The position numbers and the translations under genes were made by a program. The notes under the pieces are model-generated. The model saw nothing but the letters and a program-made list of their open reading frames with translations, had not been told where the DNA came from and did not search any database. DNA of 37,997 bases from an uncultured Victivallales bacterium (lineage in GTDB: Bacteria > Verrucomicrobiota > Kiritimatiellia > UBA8416), in assembly GCA_964652765.1 (NCBI GenBank), contig CAZZBA010000005.1:1-37997 (forward strand). Reading direction: 5' to 3'. Numbering within the stretch: position 1 is the stretch's first letter; each line of letters begins with the position of its first letter. Below, one piece after another: positions 1-9,100 of this stretch.

Positions 1-125
1 GCAAACAGTGTTTGCTTTGTGTGGCGTTTTGTGGCAAATTCGGGAGTTCAGTGGTATAAGGTGCTTTGAGGAAACGGTTCCGGTTTCCGCCAACATAGGT
101 TTACTAGATGTTTGGAGGCATGATG

Positions 126-3100
126 ATGGCTGCATTTAACGGCGTATTCCGCAAGGGGAACGGTCGCTGGTTTAGCCGGTTGATCCTGGCTGGCGCGGCA
201 CTCCTGGTCACGGGTGGCATTGGGCTGGCGGCACCGGTGCCTGGTGGCAGCGGCTGGCGCACGGCGTCCGGGGCGATGGTCTCGGATGCCGGGGACGGGG
301 CGGTCATGGTGCAGGCATTGGCCGCACCGGCAAACACCCAGCGGCTGGTTTTCCGGTTTCCCGCGGTGGCCCTGAAGCGCGGTCCGGACGGGTTGCTGGA
401 TATATCCCTGCCTTCCGCTGGACAATGGCGGCAGCCGGGCGAGCCTGTGTTGCCGATGCTCTCGACGCGGGTGGCTCTGCCACAGGGGCATGCGCTGGTT
501 TCGTTCAATGTGGTGCCATCCGATCCGCAGGAACTCGTGCTGGATGGCCCGGTGCGCCATGCGCAGCGGCCTTATCCGCTGAGCCGTCCGCAGGACCGGG
601 TGGAAACCCCTGCTTCCGCCGCTATTTACGGTGCGGACTCGCCCTATCCAGCCGTCCTCCACACGGATGGATCTGTGCAGACGAAGCGCGGTGTCGGCTT
701 TGTGGACCTGGCGCTTTTCCCGGTATCGTACCGCCCGGCCAGCGGGCGGCTGACCGCGTATGGAACGTTGACGCTTGAAGTGGTGACGCGGCCGGTCAAG
801 GATCCCGGCATTTCCCTGAATGCGGCGGATGATGGCTGGCGTGCGCGCCTGCGGTCGGCGGATGACCTGGCGGTGCTCGAGTCGCTGATCGAGAACCCGC
901 AGACACTGGCGGAGTATCAGCCCGAGGTGGCTTCTGATGACGTGGGCACGATCTCGCTGGCGGGGGCCGAGGATCCCGGCCAGCCGCCGCTTCCCTGCCG
1001 CCTCGGTAGCGTTTTCAAGCACCTCATTATCACCACCCGCAACATTCGCGACGGGATTGTGGATGCGGGTACGGCGATTGCCCAGATCTTCAGCGAGCAC
1101 GCCTACCTTTTCATCTATCCGGATCCGCAGACGGATTGGGAAATTGATATGCAGGCCGTGGCCGATGCGGGCGGGTATCCCGTGGACATCGGGGATGAAT
1201 TGGAGCAGGAGTTCGTTGACAAGAGTCTGGACGCGCTGGGCGTTGCGTCGAACGACTGGTACTACGCCTTTGAATTCAATGATCCGGCGTTGGATGGTGA
1301 CGCCAGCGGGACGCCCGACTGGATGGAGTTGCTGGTTGGGACGCAAACCAACGGCGTGCCCTTCCGCTTCACGTATGTGGCGTTCACGAACCGGCCGCTG
1401 GATGGCATCGTGGCCTTGCGTCAGGCGCAGGGGTTGTCCTCGACCGTGATCTCGATCGAGTCGATCCTGGAAACCTATCAAAGCCTGGGCATGGAAGAGG
1501 AGCAGGCATTGCGCACGTTCATCCGGGATGCCTACGACAAGTGGATCACGGAATACGTGGTGCTCGTTGGCGATGGCACGGTGATGCCGATGCGTACGCT
1601 GCGTGCTGAGGCCTCGCCCTACATCGATGATCTGCCCAGCGACCTTTATTTCCAGTGTCTGGACGGATCCTTCGATTCCGATGGCAACGGCATCTATGGC
1701 GAGCCGACCGACGGTGCCGACCGGCTGGATGGGCGCCCCGGCGAGGATATCGACCTGTATGCCGAGCTGGCGATCGGGCGGGTTGCCATATCGGATGCCA
1801 ACGCCATGTCGAACTGGGTGGCCAAGGTTGTCCGCTACGAGACCGATCGTCTCGCCGGTACCGCGCCTTACCTGCGGGGCGCCCTGCTGCTGGGCGAGTA
1901 CCTCGGTTTCGGCGGCATCTCCGAGTACGCCTCGCCGATGATGGAGGAAATCCGCCTGGGCTCGTCCGAACACGGTTACCGTACCGAGGGGTTCGCGGCG
2001 CTGGATATCCACACCAATATCGTCACCCTCTACGATGATGAACAGCCCTGGACCAAATACACGGCGGCCGCTTATATCAACAGCAACCAATTCTCGTTGC
2101 TGAACCATCTGGGTCACAGTGATTACAATTACAACATGAAATTCTACACTGAGGATGTGCAGTTCCTGCTGCGCAACGAACGCCCCGCGTTCCTCTATAC
2201 CCAGGGCTGCTGGCCGGGGGCGTTCGATAGGGACTGCATTGCCGGCGAGTTCCTTGGCGGCAGCAGCACGAACGCGCTATTTGGCGGTGTCTTCAATTCG
2301 CGTTACGGCTGGGGCGATTATGACACCACGGATGGCCCCAGTCAGCGCTACAACCGCTGGTTCTGGCATGGCTTCTTCGGAGAGCTGATCCCTGAGACCG
2401 GTGTCTTGAATCAAATGGCCCACGAGCGCAATGCCTCGCGTATCGGCGAGGAATATATGCGCTGGTGCTACTACGAGAGCAACCTGCACGGCGATCCGGC
2501 GCAGTGGCTTTACGGGATCGAACCCTCTGTCACCCTCGATCGCGAGGCCTACCGCTCCGATGCCGATGCCGTTGTCGAGGTGGTCCTGCCGCTGGCCGGC
2601 CCGACCATGCAGGAGGTGGTTGTGACGGTGACGACCTATACCGCGTTCATCGACCCGATCCTCACGACCAATGTGACGTGCTATCGCGTGGGACCGACCG
2701 ATAGGACGGCGCGGTTTGCATCGCTGGCGTTCTCGCTGGCCGATCTGGGCGCGGTCAACGGCGGCACGGTACGCGCCGAGGCGACGCTGTCTCTCGACGG
2801 GATCCCGCAGCTGTGCGACGACCGGGCGGATATCAAGGACGATCCGCCCCGGATCATGGGCCACACCCTGATGGCCGACGAGACCTATATCGATTTCTCC
2901 TTTACCACGGACAACCCGGTGACAAGCGAGGCGCGCATCGGCGACAGTATCCCGCTGACGGCGGACTGGCAGACCGTCTCCGATACCCGCGCCACCTTCC
3001 ATTCGATCCGCTTCGAGGGGCTGGAGCCTTTTACCCAGTACTTCATCGGGGTGCGCATCGAGGATGCCGCCGGTAATGTCGTCAGCATCCCCACCAACCT

Positions 3101-6100
3101 GTTCAGCGAGATCGAGGCGGAGTATTTCACGGTTGCCACGATCGGGCGCGAGACCACGCTGCGGACCGATTGGGAACACAGTGCCGACGGCTGGACCGTG
3201 ACCAACATCAATGGCGGCGTCTGCTGGGAATACGGCCAGCCTCTGACCTACGGCCCGCAGGATGATGCGCGGTGCTGGGGAACCATCCTGAACGGACGTT
3301 ACCCCGATGGTGCCAATGCGCTGCTGACCTCGCCGCCGTTCGGCGTGCGAGAGCGTCCCATGCTGGTTTTCCGTCATTGGCTGGATGTGCAATACTCTAT
3401 GGATATGCAAGGGGTCTCGCCGTCGCCTCCGCCGTTTGGTGATTATGGCAAGGTCGAGGTGCTTTCAAACGGTGTCTGGCATGATGTGACCCGCTACATT
3501 GAGGGGCGCGATGCGGCAAGCTATGTCCGCGTGGTCAACACCGATAACACGAATACGGTGATCACCGGCCAGAGCGATGGCTGGCAGGACGTGCGGGTGA
3601 ACCTGCCAGCGTCATTCGCCAATCAGCCGCTGTCCGTCCGCTTCGTGTTTGTCTCGGACCAGCAGTCGTTCGGGGCGGGCAATCCGGCTGGCTGGTATAT
3701 CGACGAGGTGACGGTCCAGGATGTCCCCGGCAACGGGCTGGGCATCTCGCAGGTCGACGTGAGCGATGTCAATGGCTTCAACGGGCTGACGCTGGTCGGT
3801 GACGCCGACGACCATGCCGAGGCGGGCGAAACGGTAGCGATCCGGCCTTACCTGTTCAATTACGGGACCACGACCTTCGGCAACCTGTCCGGGACCCTGA
3901 CCGTGCAGATCGGCGGCTACCCCGTTACGAATGCGCTGCTGCTTGACGGGGCTCCTGCCGCCGTCAGCTATACCGGACCGATTGCCCCGGCGGATCTTGT
4001 GCCGGCTAACGAGTGGATCCGCCTGCGACTCTCGCCCGGCCTGGCACCGGGAACGGTCGTGACGCTGCTGCAGTCCGTGACCAACGCGGCCGGCCTGCGG
4101 CTGGATTCGCGCTACGACCTGGTGATCAATACCGTGGTGCCGATCAGTGGTCTGGTGATCGATGCCACCACCAGCAATGCGATTGCCGCCGCCACCGTGA
4201 CGGCCGTGCGCGAGAGCTGGCAGCAGGGCAAGGTCACCGGTGCGGATGGGCGATTCGTGTTCAATGGTCTCACCGCCGGTGATGCCTACACCCTGACCGC
4301 CGGCAAGCCCGGCATGTATGCCTCGCAGACGCAGTCGGTAACGGCCCCGGCCAGCAATGTGCTTTTTGTGCTCGGCATGCCGATTGCCAGTTACGCGCCG
4401 ACCTCGCTGGCGTTCACGGTCGTCGCCGGTGGCAGCGTGGGCGACAGCGTGGTGTTCAGTAATGCCGTCGGCGCCACAGCCCCGCTGGATGTAGCGCTGG
4501 AGGAGATCGACTACCATCCGGCCGCCTCGGGATGGCTTGTCGTGACACCGCAAAGCGCACAGCTCGCCCCTGGCGCTGCCTCTACCTTTTCCGTGACAGT
4601 GGATGCCTCTTCGCTGCGTGCCGGGACCTATCTGGCCGAGCTGGTCTTCAGTACCGACGACCCGATGCTTGCCATGGTGCGGGTGCCGGTCGAGGTAACC
4701 GTCTGGCGCGAGCCGATCCTGGCTTTCGGCGGGTTATTGTTCGAGGATGACTATGCCGGGGACGGCGACGGCCAGCTGGAGGCCGGGGAAACCGCCCGCA
4801 TATGGGTTTATCTCAATAACAGCAGCGGGTTGAGCGATGTGGTGGATGTAACCGGTACGCTTAGCACCACCAACACGCATGTGACGATCAACCCGCCGCC
4901 GACGCTGCACTGGCAGTACATCGCCCCCTACAGCTCTCGCCTTTCGACCAACGGCGTCGAGGTGGTGCTCGATCTGGCCACCCCCGCAGGCGAGGTGATA
5001 GACTTTAATATCGAATTGGTCTATTTCGACGGGCTGGTCTGGCAGACCAATCAGGCACCGTTCTCCTACACCTATCTGCCCTACCACTCGGTCAGCGGCA
5101 TCGTCGAAGGGGTGGTCTGGAACGAGAAGAACAAGGCTCCCGATGGAACCGTCCCGGTCGCCGGGGCGCGGGTGACGGTAGAGGATATCCATGGCAACCT
5201 GTTCTCCAGCATGCCGACCGACACCAATGGCGTCTATGTCCTGCCGCCTCTGCCGCACGGGGATCTGTGGTTCAAGGTCTACGAGCCAGACGGCTCGCCC
5301 TACGTCCCGCCCGCCGGAACCAATATTCTCGTGAATGCCGATACGACACAGGACTTCCTGCTCAATAACTACGGCACCAATGGCCCGATCCTGCGTTTCG
5401 AAGAGGTACGGGTCTACGATTACGGCGGCGATTTCGACGGCGCGTTCGAGCCAGGCGAGACTCTCTATATCTATGCCAGTATCTACAACGAGGGTCGCAA
5501 GAATGCCACCAATGTCACCGACTTGATTGAGCTGGCCGACATGGGAGCCTACGGCCCGTTCATGCAGGTCACCCAGGCGTCCACGTTCACGACCAATACC
5601 ATCTACATGGTTCCGGAGTGGGCACGGCGATACGGCTATGAGTATTTGTATTCGGTCGATCTTTATTATTTCGAGGCGACGGTCAATGCCGATGCCGTCG
5701 AGGGGGGCAAGCAGCGCTTCTGGTTGACGACCACCGATGGCGGACGCGTCTGGCCGTTTGATTTCTCGATCACGGTGTCATCGAGCTACAGCATCGGTGG
5801 ACGGGTGACCTATGAGTTTGGCGCGTCCGCGCCTGACATCACAGTCCGGGCGGAATTGCCTGATGGAACCGTTATGACCGATATCACGGACTGGTCTGGT
5901 TACTATGATTTCGAAGGCTTGGCTCCCGGCACGACAGGGATTGTTGTGCGGGCCATCCCGCCCGGTGATTACGCCGTCGAGCCGTTGTCCTACGAGCTCG
6001 GTCCGCTGACCAATGACGTGACGGGCGTGGATTTCGTGCTCAAGGCCAGTCAACTGTTCCTGAGCCCTTCACCGTTGACGGCGACGGTCAACGAGGGGGA

Positions 6101-9100
6101 AAGAACCAATGCCTGGCTGACGATCCGGAATGCCAGCACCAATGCGACGGTCGTTGACCTCAGCGTGGTCTATACGCGTGGCGACGACGATCTCCTGCCG
6201 CCGCCGGAGCACGATCCGCTGTCGCTGATCCTGACGCCGACGACGTCCTGGAACGAACTGGATGCGGATGACTATGTGCCGGGTGAGCTGGAAGTGCGCT
6301 TTGCCGACGGGACCGGCTGGATCGAGCGCGAGGCCATCCTCAAGCGCCATGGCCTGCGGGCGACCCTGCACCTGAAGCTCGTGCCTGCCTGCCTGGCGGT
6401 ACCGGTCGATACGACGGCGCTTGGCGATGCAAAACCCCTGGCGCTGGCACCCCTGGCGCAGGCGCTGCAGGCCGAGCCAGGCGTGCTATACGTCCAGCCT
6501 GCCGCCCGCATGGCGCAGCAGGCGCTGCCGAACGATCCGCTATTCGACAAGCTCTACGGCTTGCACAACACCCGCCAGACCGGCGGTACGCTCGGTGCCG
6601 ATATCAATGTGACGAATCTCTGGGACCGCACGACCGGCTCGCGCGACATCATCGTGGCCGTCTGCGATACCGGGTTCGACAAGACGCATCCCGACCTGCT
6701 TCCCAATTTGTGGAGCAATCCGGGCGAGCTGGCCGGAGATTCCAATTTTGATGGCTATCCGGGTGTCCGGGGGGTTGACGACGACGGGGACGCGACCAAC
6801 CAGCTTTACCATTATGACGAGGTCAGCGGCACGACCGTAGGCCCGGAACTCGTGCACCCGCTCTTTGATTCCGAAATGTGGAAGGATAACCGCACCCGCA
6901 CAGTCGTTCCCGGCGTGCCCGGCACCAACCGGTGGGTTAATGGTGCGAACAGCATTCCGGACTATTTCGAGATGTACCTCAACGGCGAGCTGTCGTTTAC
7001 CGATCTGGTTGCCAGCCGACCGGCCTACTTCGGCGACAGCAACGGCAATGGCATCCCGAATGTCTTCGAGGACATACAAGGGCCCCGCCCCGGCACCCCG
7101 CCCGACGGCATCCCCGATATCTTCGCCGACGAGGATGGCGACGGCATCATCAACGAGACCGGTATCGACTTCCGCGACGAGGATGTCATGCTCGGGGACT
7201 ACAACAACAACGGCCAGCCCCTGATCAAGCAGGTGACAGCTATTCTTCCATGGATCAACTCGACGAGTTACCGGGTCGTGCTGGAACAGTGGAACGGCCT
7301 GGGCCTCGCGGCCGATGACGACGACGAGAACGGTTATGCCGATGATCTGAACGGCTGGAACTTCTATCACGGTGACGGTGACGTGACCGACGGGGACGTA
7401 CTAAGTGCCCACGGGACACACGTCGCCGGCACGATCGGTGCCGTCGGCAGCAACGGCGTCGGTGTCGCCGGCGTCAACTGGAACGTCAGCATCATGCCGC
7501 TGGCCCTGGTGTATCGCGCGGAGGATCCGTACACCGAATCACCGTTCACCAGCAGTGCCCGGATCGCCCAGGCGATCGAGTACGCCATTACCCATGGGGC
7601 TCGCGTCAGCAACCACAGTTGGGGCGGCGCCGCCGCTTCCGGCGTGCTTTACGAGATCATGAAGCTGGCCGAGCGCGACTACAATCACCTTTTCGTGATT
7701 GCCGCCGGCAACTCGGCCAATGATGTCGACAACCGGAAGTTCTATCCGGCCTACTTCAGCACGGTGCTTAACAACGTCATCACCGTGGCGGCTGCCGATG
7801 ATCATGATCAGTTGGCCGAGTTCAGCAACTACGGGCTCAACAGTGTGCAACTGGCCGCGCCGGGCGTGGATATCTACAGCACCTGGTCGAGCCGGTCTGT
7901 CCAGATCCTCTTGATGTACCCGGAGACGGAAGCGTATGTGGATGAAATGCTGGCGTCGGGTGAGCTGATCCTGCAGGACGGGGCCTACTACCGCCGCATG
8001 AGCGGTACCTCCATGGCGGCCCCGCATGTGGCCGGGGCGGCGGCACTGCTCTGGTCGCTGAGCCCGGATGCTAATTACAGTGTGATCAAGCGTGCGCTGC
8101 TGGACGGTGTGCGCCTCGAGTCCAATCTCGATGGCTGGGTCAAGACCGACGGGTTACTCGATCTCGGGCGGGCAGCCCAGATAATGGGTACCGATTGGCT
8201 GAGATTCAGCACGAACCAGATCCCGGTCGGCGCCGGTGCCTCGGTGCAGGTTGAGGTGCTATTCAACCCTGATCTGGATACACGGCCGGGCTTCTTCGAG
8301 GCCGAGATCGTGGGCGATTCGGATGTCGGTCGCGACCGCATACCGGTGACCCTGACCGTCCTGTCTGGCGGATCGCTGGAGGTGGATGGCGTCCGCATTA
8401 CCGCGGATACCGATAACGACGGATTTGCCGAACCCGGCGAGACGGTTTCGTTCGTGATCGACATTTACAACCCGGGCAACACCACGTTCATCAATCTCGC
8501 TGGAACCCTGGCGGCGGTGACCCCCGGGGCGGGGGTAACGACGACGACGGCCGGTTGGGACTACCTGTATGGTGGCCAGAGTGGTGAATCGCTGACGGCG
8601 TTCACGGTCACGATCCCTGCCAGCGCACCAGCCGAGACGCTGTTTGAATTGACGCTGACGGCGGATGATGTCGCCGCGCAGATCTTGGGTGTCTCCCTGG
8701 CGACGCAGACCCGATACGCTATTGCTGGCCGCGTGGTGACGACGGGCGGCAGCGGCATCCAAGGCGCCATGGTCGAGTACCGCGGTGCGTCGGGTGGCTA
8801 TGTGCTCAGTGGCACCAACGGCGTCTTCATTCTCTCGGGCCTGGTGGCGGGTGATTACCTGCTGCGGGCGATTCCGACCGGCTATGCCCGGTCGGCGGAT
8901 CTGCCTGTGACCCTCGCCACCAACGATCTGACCGGTATCAAACTTGAAGTCGGTGCCCCGGTAATCGGCCTCTCGGCGACCAATATACAGGCGGTCCTGG
9001 TCAACGAGATGGACTGGATTGCCTCGGTTGCGCTCAGCAATACGGCTGCCGACGCATTCGGTTACGCGCTGGATGTCATGCCGCGCCGCCGCATCGGGCT

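Noticed and set aside
52-88. TGGTATAAG and hairpin GGAAAC-N7-GTTTCC upstream of the first gene, as a promoter or riboswitch
   Set aside because: The -35 is weak and I could not match a riboswitch consensus; the evidence is too thin to call.
48-2117. 689-aa minus-strand ORF and the many other antisense or alternate-frame ORFs over the giant genes
   Set aside because: They overlap motif-rich plus-strand genes entirely, show no recognisable motifs, and are expected shadows of GC-rich codon usage.
6735-7315. Insertion in the subtilisin as an intein
   Set aside because: No Cys/Ser N-terminal block, no His-Asn-(C/S/T) end and no LAGLIDADG motif; the composition is that of Ca-binding loops.
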